From contig JBLDXI010000066.1 in the NCBI GenBank assembly GCA_047495785.1, positions 558,001 through 622,000 on the forward strand: a stretch of DNA of 64,000 nucleotides, in the 5' to 3' direction. The DNA is from Lepidodermella squamata (lineage: Eukaryota > Animalia > Gastrotricha). Position numbers and translations under genes: made by a program. Shown here piece after piece: positions 11,809-24,725 of this stretch; position 1 is the first letter of the stretch, and each line of letters begins with the position of its first letter. The notes beneath the pieces were generated by a model. That model saw nothing but the letters and a program-made list of their open reading frames with translations, had not been told where the DNA came from and made no database searches.

Positions 11809-13192
11809 ATGGAACATCTATCTGGCCCTCTGGTTTTCGCAATGAAAGCCAGTGGGCTCTTCCCGATTGTCACAGGATCTCGCCTTTCAAAGTCCTACGT
11901 CATTTTCTCATGCGCTGCGACTTGGTTTCAATTCGCGCGACATTTCCCACTCGTCGTCCGACCGCTGCCGACCTTAGAGCCAGAAAGTGCGAATCGGACA
12001 TGGTTTTTCCACGCCTTCATGGCAGCTTACCTCCTAATGTGCGCCATAATCCGAACGACTACAACGTATTGCCTGTCCACTCAGTCTGGTATTGCGCGCA
12101 CCCGAGGACTTTTCGAAGCTATCGACTCCGAAATATTGCAAGCGACCCCGAATGCCTATAGGAAATACAAAACGCACTCGCTACTAAGCGGTTTGGTTTT
12201 CGTTACAATAGCATGCACGAATTTCGGCCTTTTCCTGTATATCGGTCTTACCTCAAACGATCCAACTATACACATGACCGCGGCAACTCCGTTATACCTG
12301 TTCGGGATCAACTACCATTCAATGAGTGTCTGGGCACGACATAGCGCAACGGCTTTCCATTTGTTTTTGTTCTTTTACGTCGACACTTCATTACTTGCCT
12401 TTTGTTTCCTGCTAAACTCGATCATAATCATCGCCCACCGATTCAAGAAAATTGAGCAGGAGTTGTTGACCTTTCCGAATCACAAACGGCAGTCTGTTGG
12501 CGACATCTTGGGTAAGACTAACCCAAGCTCTTCGGACGAATCTACTGACGAAAATTCCAGTCTGAGAGGCAAAAATAGCGAGAGAAAAATTGATTTGGAA
12601 TCATTAAGGCGGCGTCATTTGCATTTATGCTCCCTTGTCGCTAATATGGACCAGCTTGCCGCGCCGGCTATTCTATCCGGATGTTTTTCAACCTTTATAA
12701 CCATATTGATTTCAATGTTTGTCCTAATCTGGGATCGTCCGTCGAGTTTCACGTGGACTCTGATGTGGGTACTTTGGCTCAGTGCCAATTCTCTGACTTT
12801 GCTAACGCTACTTTTCATCGGCGCATTTTTGAACGGAGCTGCTCATTCAGTGATCGATGGCCTTCACCGCATTGAGTCGAAATACTTGTCTAGCGATTTA
12901 AGGACTACGCAGCAAATTATTCTATTCATCAGCCAAGTTTCTGCCCAGCCGATAGGCATATCTCTGATTGGAGCTATATGCATTACTAGAGAAAGTTTCA
13001 TTGGAGTAAGTTTTTTCAGAAGTTTTAAGGAATACTTGAAATATCTTTCCTCAGCTGTTTGGAACACTTTTGACTTATTTCCTGATCCTGATGGACTTCT
13101 CTGGGGTGACACCAATGCCTCCGAAACCAGTTGATCCATTCGACTTCTGGAATCACTCAATAGCTACAAATTTTACAGCTGATTATTCATAA
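11809..13192 (+). CDS. Gustatory receptor-like protein 2
   Basis: Exons 11809-13005 and 13055-13192; same intron position; LFGTLLTYFLILMDF. Confidence 0.9.
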
Positions 13193-13341
13193 AATGTGTG
13201 ATTATTATCATTCAGGTTAACTCTATTTTGAGACAATAATGCTCCCAGACATGGAGTAAGAGATATGATAAGAGCTGAGCAGATAGTTTTCTTTATTCTA
13301 CCGAAAATTACTGCTGCGTTTTTGAGTCGTTTGAAGTAAAA

Positions 13342-14683
13342 ATGGATAAATTGTCTCGACCACTTCTGATTTCCATGAAAGTCACCGGCCTATTGCCGAT
13401 ATCAATGACTTCAAAACTTGCAAAGGCTTACGTGTATGTAACATGCTCGCTGACATGGCTTCAGTTTCTACGCTACCTTCCTTTGCTATTCGTACCAGTG
13501 CCAGGCATTGAGGTGGAGGCTGAGAATCGATCTTGGTTCTACAACATCTACATGTCCTGTTTCATGCTGATGTGCGCAGTGGCTAGGACGACTACGACCT
13601 ACTACTGGTCAACGGAACGAGGTTTGAAATTCAGCCGAAAACTATTCTTAGCAATTGATAAAGAAATTCGAGAGGCAACCCCGAACGCATTCGCAAGATT
13701 CCAAAAGCATGCAAGAATCAGCACTCTCATCTTCTGGTCGATGGGCGTTTTAAACTTTTCTTTATCCGCCTATGTAGCAGCTACGTCATCTAATCCAATA
13801 ACTCACGTTACCGCCTCCACTCCTTTGTATCTATTCGGCTCCGGAGATTTCGCTGAGCACGATTGGAGACGGCATTTGACCGCCGTAATCCATCTATCAT
13901 TAATCTTCGTAACAGATACTTCCCTTTTCGGCATGTGCTTCATGCTGAATGTAGTCATAGTATTAGCCCATCGATTCCAGATGATCGAACACCAAATTAG
14001 GAGGTTCCCAATTGAAACAAGAAAAGCCGCAAGTGATGATGATACATCCAGTGATTCCAGCTCAGATGACGAATTTGAACTCGAATCTTCACCGAAGATA
14101 GATTTAGAAAGTATTCGACGGCATCATCTTCATTTGTGCAATTTAACCTCAAAACTCGACAGTCTAACCGGACCGGCGTGTCTTATCGGCTCGATGTCGA
14201 TGTTCGTTACAATTTTGATATCGATGTTTGTCCTGATATGGGATAGGCCGAAATTCCCCCATATGCTTGTTATGTGGATTCTATGGCTCGGCGCCAATGG
14301 TTTGATGCTGATGTCATATCTAAGCATTGGATCGTTTTTGAACAGTTCAGCTCATTCAGTGATGGCGAGTCTTCATAAATTAGAGACGAAATACTTATCT
14401 TGCGATTTGAGGACAACACAGCAGATTATTCTGTTCATTAGCCAGGTGAACTCCGAGCCAATAGGAATAAGCTTAGCTGGGGCGATGTGCATTACTCGAG
14501 AAACTTTTTTAACGGTAAATTCCATGGAATTTTCCTGTTCAATTTATTAATAATTTTGTTCAGCTTTTTGGAAGCCTCTTGACGTACTTTCTGATATTGA
14601 TGGACTTTTCTGGAGTATCTCCAATATCTGATTTGGACGATTTGGAAATGGCTAACAGAACCACGCTAAACATATCTGCTTAA
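13342..14683 (+). CDS. Gustatory receptor-like protein 3
   Basis: Exons 13342-14514 and 14564-14683; LFGSLLTYFLILMDF. Confidence 0.9.
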
Positions 14684-14913
14684 CATTTCATCTGAAATTA
14701 TAATAAATGGCGAATAGATAAGAAATCTTTTGTAGATGAAATAAAGCAATGGAATTTGAGGAGATAAAAGCTTTTCTAATAGAATTTTTCAATTATGAAG
14801 TTTTACACTACGACCTACGACCTATATGATGTTTGCACAGCCGTCCATGGTGATATTCAAATTGATGAAATAACGTAAAACAAGAAGCCTTTTCGCTATT
14901 CTTACTGAGTAAA

Positions 14914-15224
14914 ATGCTTAGAATAATGTTGGGCTCAATTGTTCTGCTTGCCGTAAGTTTAAATTGAGCAGTTTTTCAGTTTTTCAATGACTTTGTAAAA
15001 TGCAGGTAATTCTCATCGCTTTAAGCTTCGCACAATGTGGCGAAACTATACCAAACAGATATCAAAATCGAGTGATACATGTTGTTTTGGAGTACGAACC
15101 ACCCATCAAGATTGATGCGATTGCACGGAGAAATGGTCGAGAATATCGGGAAATAGAAATCGGCCCGGACGATGAGGGCTTAGAGAGCGATCTATTTGCA
15201 AATGGGCACTACCTTCCGGGTTGA
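14914..15224 (+). CDS. Small secreted protein, copy 1 (85 aa, ends HYLPG)
   Basis: Exons 14914-14952 and 15006-15224; signal-peptide-like MLRIMLGSIVLLAVILIALSFAQC; frame and intron conserved in copy 2. Confidence 0.75.
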
Positions 15225-15501
15225 GACTGAGTTCATTTCAATTAATGACGACTATTTTTCGGCATAATAAAATCGATGATGTCGCAAAATCTACAATTTT
15301 TCCTCATAAAATCATGGACAGTTTACTCTGGCAATTTCGAATAGAATTTGCGGCCTTTTTCCTATGTCACGTGACTCAAGGACAAATTTGAAAAAAATGT
15401 TAAAAGCACAATTTTGATCTTATTTTATTCAAAATTCGCGCAAGATTGAACATATATAGAAGGGTATAGAAGGAAGAACACATGAATAAGCAAACCGCGT
15501 T

Positions 15502-16890
15502 TCAAATGTATATCATAACTTGTTCAAGCCTCTCGGTATTCACGTCTAGATCCCGGCCGAGGCTGACGAAATCAAAGAACGTCCGAACAGTTCTCCATTG
15601 CTGCGTTGCTGTGTCGAGCATTTTCAACGCAAACGCCTTGATAAAGCCCTCCTCGCAGTCGCTGCCTGATACATCGCCACGGTCGTTGTAGTATTCCCTA
15701 ATGATGAGCCAACATGCCAAAATATCAGTCGTTTCCGCGGTCAACTTTTCCCGTTCTTCTTCCGTAGCCTCAGGATGCTTGTCCGGATGTGTGGCTAACA
15801 GGCGTCGGCGGAACCGGCTGTGAGCCTCTTCGAACGAGTCCATTTCAATGTCGATAGCAAACTTCGCCGCAGCTTTCTCGACAAGCTCCCGAGGCGTGAA
15901 TTCTCTTTCTTCAATCACATCTTTTTCCTTGGATTCTTTCTTCAAACCCGGAACCAATTTGCGGTAGATCAGCCGACCAACCCCATCAAACAACAGACCG
16001 CCGATTAGAGACCCAATCACCCCGCCAACAATCACGCCAATAGCGTTGCCGATCCCTGGAACCACCGTACCAATGGCGCCTCCAGCTAAAGCGCCCAGTT
16101 TGAACCCGCCAAAGGCCCCGCCAGCTCCCGCCAAAGCGCCAACAGCATGTTCACCGATATTCTTCGCCACCTCACGCCCGTCCAATCCTTTCGACCAGCG
16201 ATAAAGCTCGACGGCCGAGAAAATTGAGAACATAACAATGTTAGAAACAGCACACGCTCCGAAAGCAGCTCCGCCGAAGCCTTGCAGACCGTTTGCAGCC
16301 GCGTCGAAGATAGCACTGCCGACAGTGGCGATGACCGCACGTGATGCAACAGCCTTTTTATCCGGCGATTCAATGGTTTTGATCACCATTTCTTGAACAG
16401 TTCTGGTTATGGCTCGTTTTTCGAACTTGCGAGAGTCAAGTTGTTTCAGCACGGCGTGGAGGTCCTCGTGTTTTATCAGCTCGACGAAAGCTAGCTGGTA
16501 CTGTTCCATGGTGAGGCGCTGTCGAAGAGCTCTTTTCAAGTCGACCAGCTGTAGTTTGGACGCCTGAACAGCTTGCATAGCTTCTTTGACAGTCCGGTAA
16601 ACATCGGCCGTTGCGATTGATCTCTCTCGGCCGAAGAGAAGACAACCAAAAGGGTAGTCTTGCTTGAGCGCGTCGTAAGTCATGAGAGAATCGGCCAGGT
16701 TGAGGGAAGCCAGTTGGACACTTGTGGTGTCAGTAACTGCGACAACAGCGCTCCGGCAGAGTGGGCAATTTTCAGATCCATTGTTCTGACCCTTGGTTAG
16801 TTCGAAGCAAGTGGAACAATACTGACGGTGGCCACATGACGGAGTGACTGTTGCCAGGCGGTCTTCACACGCTATGCAAATATCTGACAT
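15502..16890 (-). CDS. RING finger (C3HC4) + glycine-zipper hydrophobic region + DnaJ J-domain protein (462 aa)
   Basis: Start MSDICIAC at 16890; CIAC...CGH..YC..C...CPLCR; GxxxG runs (GALAGGAIGTVVPGIGNAIGVIVGGVIGSLIGG); FRRRLLATHPDKHP J-domain motif; intronless. Confidence 0.85.
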   Translation of the reverse strand: MSDICIACEDRLATVTPSCGHRQYCSTCFELTKGQNNGSENCPLCRSAVVAVTDTTSVQLASLNLADSLMTYDALKQDYPFGCLLFGRERSIATADVYRTVKEAMQAVQASKLQLVDLKRALRQRLTMEQYQLAFVELIKHEDLHAVLKQLDSRKFEKRAITRTVQEMVIKTIESPDKKAVASRAVIATVGSAIFDAAANGLQGFGGAAFGACAVSNIVMFSIFSAVELYRWSKGLDGREVAKNIGEHAVGALAGAGGAFGGFKLGALAGGAIGTVVPGIGNAIGVIVGGVIGSLIGGLLFDGVGRLIYRKLVPGLKKESKEKDVIEEREFTPRELVEKAAAKFAIDIEMDSFEEAHSRFRRRLLATHPDKHPEATEEEREKLTAETTDILACWLIIREYYNDRGDVSGSDCEEGFIKAFALKMLDTATQQWRTVRTFFDFVSLGRDLDVNTERLEQVMIYI

Positions 16891-17471
16891 GAAATAACTA
16901 AATAACGAAAGCAAAGTTGGATGTAAGACCCTCTTTTTGCAATAGAGAAATGCCCACAAAATTGAGAAATTTCCAAGAGGTGCATAGTTCATGCTTATCA
17001 CGACACCTTCCTAGCCCTCTAGGACCCAAACTGAGACAAAGTTTAGCTGTCGAGCTGTTTCTGATAAATGCTATAGCACTTTCCCCTCCGCGATAGGAAT
17101 TATCTTGAACGTTTTTTATCGCTGATTCATTTTATAGATAAATGATGATTCATCATTTGACACACTTCACGAAGTTGACAACCTTCAGAACCTTTAAATC
17201 AAAATGGCTCAACGAGAATTGTTGCTTACTTGGTCGCGTGACCAGTTTTTTAATTGTCAACAACTCAATAAGAAGTACGGCGAAATCAAAGGAGATGACA
17301 AGTGATTACGGGTGGCTACTTCAACTCGATTAATGTCAAAACTCATCTCCTTTGATTTTTTCAAAACTATTGTGTTTTTGAAGAATGAATACATAACAAG
17401 CTGTTTCGTCATATTTTCCGGCTTTTCGGCCGGATTTTTGTTTATTTTCTGTGTAAGCAAAGCCACTCGTT

Positions 17472-20400
17472 CACTCTCAGCCATACTACGGATGGCAACG
17501 CGTTATGAACGGATAAAAAACGAGTAAAAACGGATAAAAACGGCTGTAGCCGTTACTACGTGCTATCTATGCGTTACTTCTTTCATCGATTTTCCGTGTT
17601 CAACAGTATTTATGCGTCTTTATGCGTCGTTCACGTGTCATCTATTCGTCATTCACTTGTCATATATCCGTTGAAAAAGGGACGGAAATTTTTCAATACC
17701 GAGTGAAGACGGCTAAAAACGACTGAGAACAAATAATAACGGCTAGAAGACGGCTGATGGACGGATAGAAGCGAGATAGAAGCGAGATAGACCGTCGGGG
17801 TTGGGACACGATTACGTAATCGGCCATGATGAACAATGAAAACGCCATTTGAAATTTTTTGATGCTAAATAAATAAACGAATTGTAAGTCTCATTTCATT
17901 TAAGGTGGGTTTCTTACTCTATGCCCGATGAGCTATTGCTCAGAGTTGTGATCTATTTTCGTGGAGCTCCGCTATTTTCTTAAAATCAAATCGCCGAATC
18001 TATCTTGAGCCTTGAGCTGACCTAAATAATTCTTCTAGAATTAATTTTTAATGTTTGCGACGTAGAATTCAAACTATGCCAATGTTTTTGTTCCATTTTC
18101 CCAAATCGAATTTGCAATTCTTACTAGAATGCTTCATCATCTTACAAATGTTAAGGTATGAGGAAGCTGCGATAATGTGAATGAACCTTTAACGGCAACC
18201 AGATGAAAGGGCCGATGGCAGTTCAGGCTGGGCAGTTCGGCAACTCATCATTAGGTGTCAGTTCTCAGCCCAGACAACTCGCAGAACTTCATCTTTTGCT
18301 GAAATTGGGTGTTCCCTGGGGCCTGAAGAAAAAGTAAGTGTTATTTTCCGCCTTTTTTACTACTTGGTTTCAAAGATTGATTATTTTAAATTAAATTCAA
18401 ATTAAATTCGGGAATTTTGAAATTGGCTGATATCGCTCGTTTTCAAGGGACTTTCACCGCCATATAATCCAATCTAATCCACAACCCCTAACAAGTTGCT
18501 ACAATAACTAACAATGGTGGAAATTTCATGAAAACTCTGCTATGATAATGCCAAATCGAAGCCTTTAACCATTTTTCCCTACCCTTTTTTACTTTTGTGC
18601 TGAAAATTATGAGGAATAATTTTCATATTTTTAGAAGGACTGAAACCACGACATTCAACATTCAGACCTCGTTCTTCACGTCTTGGCGAGTAATAGGAAT
18701 TTTTCTCAATTATTAATGCGCACTCAATTTTCAATTTTTAGCCATAGGTATTCTTTCCCTGATGCACCCGAAAATGGCAAGGATACAATGAGGAATGAGG
18801 GCCGGGTAAGCCGTAGCTAGATTCTAGTTTTATTCGAGGCACTAAATCTCCCATCTTACCGCAGACCGCAGATCTCGACAATCAAAGCAATTTCAATACT
18901 CGAAAATTGGCGATACCGGTATTTTTTTTTCATTGCTCGAAAAGCCCTATTTATTTGAAACATTTTTCAGTATATCAATCTGCAAATCATCTTTCAGATT
19001 CTAATCCATAGTCAAATCCATCGAATCTTTCAGCAATTATAAAGGTAATTTTCTTGTAAAAAAATTGCAAAGTCACACCCCTGGTTATAGTCCATAAATC
19101 AGTGGCACATTGATAGGCCCTCTGTTAGTAAAATTTACCACCCTAACTAGCCGTTAGTTGTCGATTAAAACCAAAAATGAATCGACGGAAATCGATTTTG
19201 ACCGATTTAATCACCCCAAATCATTTGTTGATAATTTTTCGAGCAATCAAGTGAAAATAAGCTGTTCAAGAGGTGCGTAAGTAACAAATGTTGTGCGATG
19301 AGAATATTCCGACTTGTGCGGCCTTGAGGCAGTCCCAAGTCTACGCTTGCTAAAATCGCTAAAAATGCTTAGTGAAAATTCATTGCAATTTTTTTTGTTT
19401 CCCTAAATTTTCCGATTTTTGTTAAAATTCATTGCACTGTTTTAGATATTTAGAAAATTAAGATGAATGACAAAAAACACCCAGAGCGAATTGAAATAAA
19501 TTTATTATTACTGGGCCTGGGTGTCATATTGATTCAATCAAAATATAATTGAAAAATCATAAAAATTTCTTGAATAAATTTAATGTTAACTACTAAAAAA
19601 TCAAGAATCAAGGAGCTGCGAAGTGGCAGCGAAGTGACCTAAAGTTCCAAATTGCTTGCAAGCTAAGAATCGAATTAACCTGATTTTTTGCTACCATCAA
19701 GTAATTGATTTTTATTTTCATTTAATTTCAGCCGAATCCGCAGTCACAGTGGCAAATGGCAACAAACCCGGCTATGTGCGAAAATGTGCAATCGAAATTC
19801 TCAAAAATTGCGAAATTCTTGTCTACGATTCTTGTAATGGGCACGATTCGCTGGAGCGCGGAAGTTGGGCGATTTTCGGCTGCAAAATTCACAACAGCCA
19901 CGTCTACATCGGCTTAAATCTCGTCAACCCTTTGGCTCAAGGAACGAACAAATAAGTTATGAATCACATATCTTGGACTTGGCATTTTTTCGCCATTTTT
20001 TCGCCTCTCGAATTTTTTAATTTATTTCTAATGTTAATTTTATGTAAGTAAAACGGATAGATGATACTGAAACGATGAAGCGATGAAAACGGGTGAATAA
20101 CGGGTGAATAACGGGTAGCTTTTATCTGGAAAAATTCCAACGGGTGGGGATGCGATGGATACGGATGATAACGGCTGGTAACAGCTGGTAACGCGTTGTC
20201 AGCCGTTACGTGTAGCACTGCCGTTCAAAGTTGCACGAAAAAAGTGCCATAGCAACGTGCTGTTGACAGATAGACACGACAGAACACGGATAGCAACGAG
20301 AAAAAAACGGATACGATTTTTCGCGTAGCCATGCGTATTACACCCGTATTGCATCCGTCATACAGCCGTCATACAGCCGTCCACTAGCCGTTGAAAAATC

Positions 20401-20482
20401 ACGGATAACAACGGGTATTTACCCATAGCCGTTGTTATGTGTGATTTTTCACGTAACTTTATCCGTTTTATGGCTGAGAGTG
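17472..20482. mobile_element. Non-autonomous DNA transposon with CACTC termini (CMC/EnSpm-like)
   Basis: 22-bp TIRs CACTCTCAGCCATACTACGGAT and CACTCTCAGCCATAAAACGGAT (reverse complement of 20461-20482); TT on both flanks as possible 2-bp TSD; dense ACGGAT/ACGGCT subterminal repeats at both ends; no transposase ORF. Confidence 0.8.
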
Positions 20483-21541
20483 TTGCCTTGGGACTAATAC
20501 TGTATGGACTCGACACTAGCCACTTTTCTGCTGGACAGGAAAAATATCAATAATTTTGATGCGAGAAAATCACATGAAAAATGTGTTTTTACGCATTAAA
20601 GGCACCATTTTTACGCATCCGCCCGTTACAAAGCCAAGAACAGGACAATTTTCACGAGAGTACCGTATGGGCAAGTCATGCCGATAGATGCAGACTTAAT
20701 TTTTATGAATATCGATAGCTCAAGTCACGATCTTTGCAACAGTGCCAAGTTCAAAAATGTATGACTTGGCTATGATTTTACTTTACACAGAAATTGCCAT
20801 TTTTGAGGAAATAAAAAAATGGCAAAAAAATATTCAATGAGTCATGAATATTCTCTCGTATTTTTTTCTGAATAAATCAGCGTAAATAATTCGGTTCTAT
20901 TTTTTGAAATGTTTGCTCATTCTGTTAGAAACATCAATTTCGCTAAGTAAATTCAGCACCCAGTAGGTCATGGTTTATACCGTTACAAAGGTCCTCTCAT
21001 GTAAAATTAAATGCAATCCGAAATAAAGGTAAGGTGTGATACGGTACCAACGGGACGAGACTTCGATTCTTCCCAATGTAATGGGCGCATGCGTAAAAAA
21101 AAGTTCTCATAAATCGCCATTTTGCGATTTTTGAACGACTTTACGATCACGATTCTTCGGACTGGGCCTTGATCTCGCAGCAGCGGCTGTCAAGAGCTAC
21201 TTTAGCCAAGGTACGAGAACAACCTGCAAGCCGAAGCATCCGAAAGACCATTATGAGTCAATGAAGTGTCCGAGCTATTTAGGCGAATATTGACTTATTT
21301 CTTGATGAATTGTTGAGATATAATATCTACGAAGATAGATGGTAATGCATACCACTGCTGGAACCAATCGCTGGCAACAATTATCATACCTCATTAAACT
21401 TGGAATGTATGATTGTTATCGCACCATTCAGATCATCCCAGACAGGCATGCGAGATATGATAAGAGCCGCACTGATAGTTTAGCACTGAGTTTTCTTTTG
21501 CTACCGGAACTGCATTATTATGTTGGAGTCATTTGAGTAAA

Positions 21542-22886
21542 ATGGATAAGCTGTCTCGACCACTTCTGATTTCTATGAAGGCCACCGGCCTATTGCCGAT
21601 ATCACCGACTTCGAAACTCGCAAAAGCTTACGTGTATGTAACTTGCACGTTAACATGGCTTCAGTTTCTTCGCTACCTTCCTTTGCTATTTGTACCTGTC
21701 CCTGGAGTTGAAAAGGAAGCTGAGAATCGATCATGGTTCTTCAACATTTACATGTCCTGTTTCATGTTGATGTGCGCTGTTGTTAGGACAACTACAACTT
21801 ACTACTGGTCAACTGAACGTGGGTTGAAATACAGCCGGAAACTGTTTCTAGCAATTGACAAAGAAATTCGAGAGGCAACCCCAAAAGCATTCGCCAGATT
21901 CCAAAAGCAAGCGAGGATCAGCACTTTCATCTTCTGGACATTGGGCGTTCTCAATTTCACCTTATTCGTTTATGTAGCTGCTACGTCATCTAATCCAATG
22001 ACGCACATTACAGCCTCATCTCCCTTGTATCTGTTCGGCTCGGGAGATTTCGTTGAGCACGACTGGAGACGGCATTTGACCGGGGCAATTCATTTATCTC
22101 TTATCTTCTTAACCGACACGTCACTTTTCGCGATGTGCTTTGTTTTGAACGTTGTCATAGTATTGGCACATAGATTCCAGATGATCGAACGGCAAATTAG
22201 AAGGTTCCCAATCGATAGCGGAAAAGTAAAATCTAGTGATGATACTTCAAGTGATTCTAGCTCAAATGATGAATTTAAATTCGAATCTTCACCGAAAATT
22301 GATTTAGAGAGCATCAGACGGCATCACCTTCATTTGTGCAATTTAACCTCAAAACTTGACAGCCTAACCGGACCGGCATGCCTTTTCGCCTCTATTTCGA
22401 TGTTCGTAACAATTTTGATATCGATGTTCGTCCTGATATGGGACAGGCCGAAATCTGGTAATTGGCTGGCCATGTGGATTCTTTGGCTCTGTGCCAATGG
22501 TTGGATACTGCTGTCCTATCTAGGCATAGGCTCTTTTTTGAACAGCTCAGCTCACTCAGTGATGGCGAGTCTTCACAAATTGGAGACGAAATATTTATCT
22601 TGCGATCTGAGAACTACACAGCAGATCATTTTGTTCGTTAGCCAGGTGAACTCGGAGCCGATAGGCATAAGCTTAGTTGGCGCGATGTGCATTACTCGGG
22701 AAACTTTCCTAGCAGTAAGCTATGCCATAATCGATGCAAAATTGAATTTTCAAATATTTTTTGCAGCTTTTTGGAAGCTTTTTGACGTATTTCCTGATAT
22801 TGATGGACTTTTCTGGAGTATCTCCAATATCTGATTTGGACGATTTGGAAATGGCAAATAGAACCATGCTAAACTTAACTATATAA
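21542..22886 (+). CDS. Gustatory receptor-like protein 4 (recent duplicate of protein 3)
   Basis: Exons 21542-22714 and 22767-22886; closely similar to 13342-14683. Confidence 0.9.
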
Positions 22887-23079
22887 AACGGTTTGACTGA
22901 TATGACAAAGGCCAAATATAGATTACAAAAGCTAGAGGTATTTTCTCATGAATCAGCAGGGAATTTGAAAGTATGGTTGTTTTACACTACGATGTTTGCA
23001 CAGCCGTGTATATGATGATAATTAGAATGTATGAAATAATGTAAAACAAGCTGAATTTTGGATAGCCATACAGAGATAA

Positions 23080-23384
23080 ATGCTTAGAACAATGGTCGGC
23101 TCGATTTATTCTTTTATCGTAAGTTCAATTCATATTTTTAACTCTTTGGATGATATGGCCAAATTCAGGTCATACTCCTCGCTTTAGGGCAAGTTCAGTG
23201 TGGCGAAACGTCACTACCCCAAAGCCAAAATCGGGTAATTCACGTTGTTTTGGAGTACGAACCATCCATCAACATTAATGCAATTGCCCGAAGTGGTCGA
23301 GAATATCGGGAAATTGAAATCAGCCCCGACTACGAGGACGAAGAGAGCTATCTATTTGCGACTGGGCACAAACTTCCGGGATGA
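23080..23384 (+). CDS. Small secreted protein, copy 2 (84 aa, ends HKLPG; absent from ORF track)
   Basis: Exons 23080-23118 and 23169-23384: MLRTMVGSIYSFIVILLALGQVQCGETSLPQSQNRVIHVVLEYEPSININAIARSGREYREIEISPDYEDEESYLFATGHKLPG. Confidence 0.75.
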
Positions 23385-23459
23385 CACTGGGTTCATTTCA
23401 ATTAGGCAGTATTTTTTTCAGAGTAGTAAAATTTTCGATATTTCAACATATTTCAAGCC

Positions 23460-24725
23460 ATGGAAAAAGCTACCAAAGCTCTGACAATTTCCCTGAAAAT
23501 TTGCGGCCTTATGCCTATTACGCGAGGCTCAATTATTGCTAAGGCACTTGTCGTTGCAGCCTGCGCGATATCTTGGCTGCAATTGTTCAGGTGCATCCCT
23601 CTGCTGTTCTTCCCAATGCCAAATATCGAACTAGTCGATATGAATCGAACCCGCTCGCTGTATCTTTTCATCAATCTGCACCATCTGAGCTGCGCTATCG
23701 TTCGGACTAACGTTTGCGTTATTTTCGTCACTAAAAATGGCTCGAAAATCACAGATTTCTTGATAGCGAGCCTTGATGCTGAAATTCAAAATTGCTCCTT
23801 AAACATGCAACAACAAATTAGAAACAAAGTTTTAACAGCAACTTTATTATTCTGGATCCTGGGCCTTATGAATGGATTAATCTTCATTTACCTTACTTTC
23901 GTTACCGATGACATCAAAGCCCATTTCATAGCGTCATCGCCTCTTCATCTGCTCGGAGACTCATGCGATCCGGGTTGGTGCCGTTCTTTGTTTACAGTAG
24001 TGCAAATGTTCGCCTTTTTCGTGGTGGACAGCTCAGCTTTCGCTGTAGCTTTCGCAGCAACTCTAGCTATCGTTCTAGCCCACGGATTCAGGCAAATTAA
24101 GGCGGAATTTTTGCAATTTGACCGAAATTTCGACGATGAGATTGGCGAGGACCTTGAAATCGACGTTGAATGCCTGAGACGGCAGCATCTTCATTTGAGT
24201 TTGCTTACACGAAAACTGGACAGATTGTCTACTTTTGCAAATTCAATTTCCTGCTTAGCAGCATTTTTCACGATTCTTGTCGCTATGTTCATTCTAATCT
24301 GGGATCCGCCTGAAGACCTAACATGGCGCATCTTGTGGTGCCTTTGGCTTTGCTGCGAGTCGTTGCTTCTAATCACGTTCTTCTTAGTTGCGTCCTTCCT
24401 GAATTCGTCAGCTCATGGCGTTATCGACGGGTTACATCGATTAGAGTCGATATATCTCTCAAGCGATTTGCATACAAATCAGCAGATCGCGCTGTTCTGC
24501 AGCCAAGTTCAATCAGCTCCGATTGGATTAACGCTACTTGGCATCGTTTGTATTACGAAAAAAGGATTTTTCAAAGTAAGATGATTGAATCACAGATTGA
24601 TAAAAAAACATTCTTTTCTGTAGCTCTTCGGCAGTCTTTTGACCTACTTTTTGATTCTTATGGATTTTTCGGGAATTTCACCGGTCAAATTACACGAACC
24701 GATTGCTAACTTCACTGTGACATAG
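23460..24725 (+). CDS. Gustatory receptor-like protein 5
   Basis: Exons 23460-24575 and 24624-24725; LFGSLLTYFLILMDF. Confidence 0.9.

Larger units (their letters stand above)
13243..15244 (+). repeat. Copy 1 of a 2-kb segmental duplication (GR-like gene + small secreted gene); copy 2 at about 21436-23404
   Basis: Colinear similarity from upstream TCCCAGACA...AGATATGATAAGAGC through both genes to GTTCATTTCAATTA. Confidence 0.85.

Noticed and set aside
17476-17800. CRISPR-like array from recurring ACGG repeats (also 20050-20482)
   Set aside because: Irregular short motifs in both orientations inside transposon ends; eukaryotic context, no cas genes
11456-24623. C-termini of the GR-like ORFs as given in the ORF track
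   Set aside because: They read through a conserved phase-0 intron; the true last exon carries TYFLILMDF
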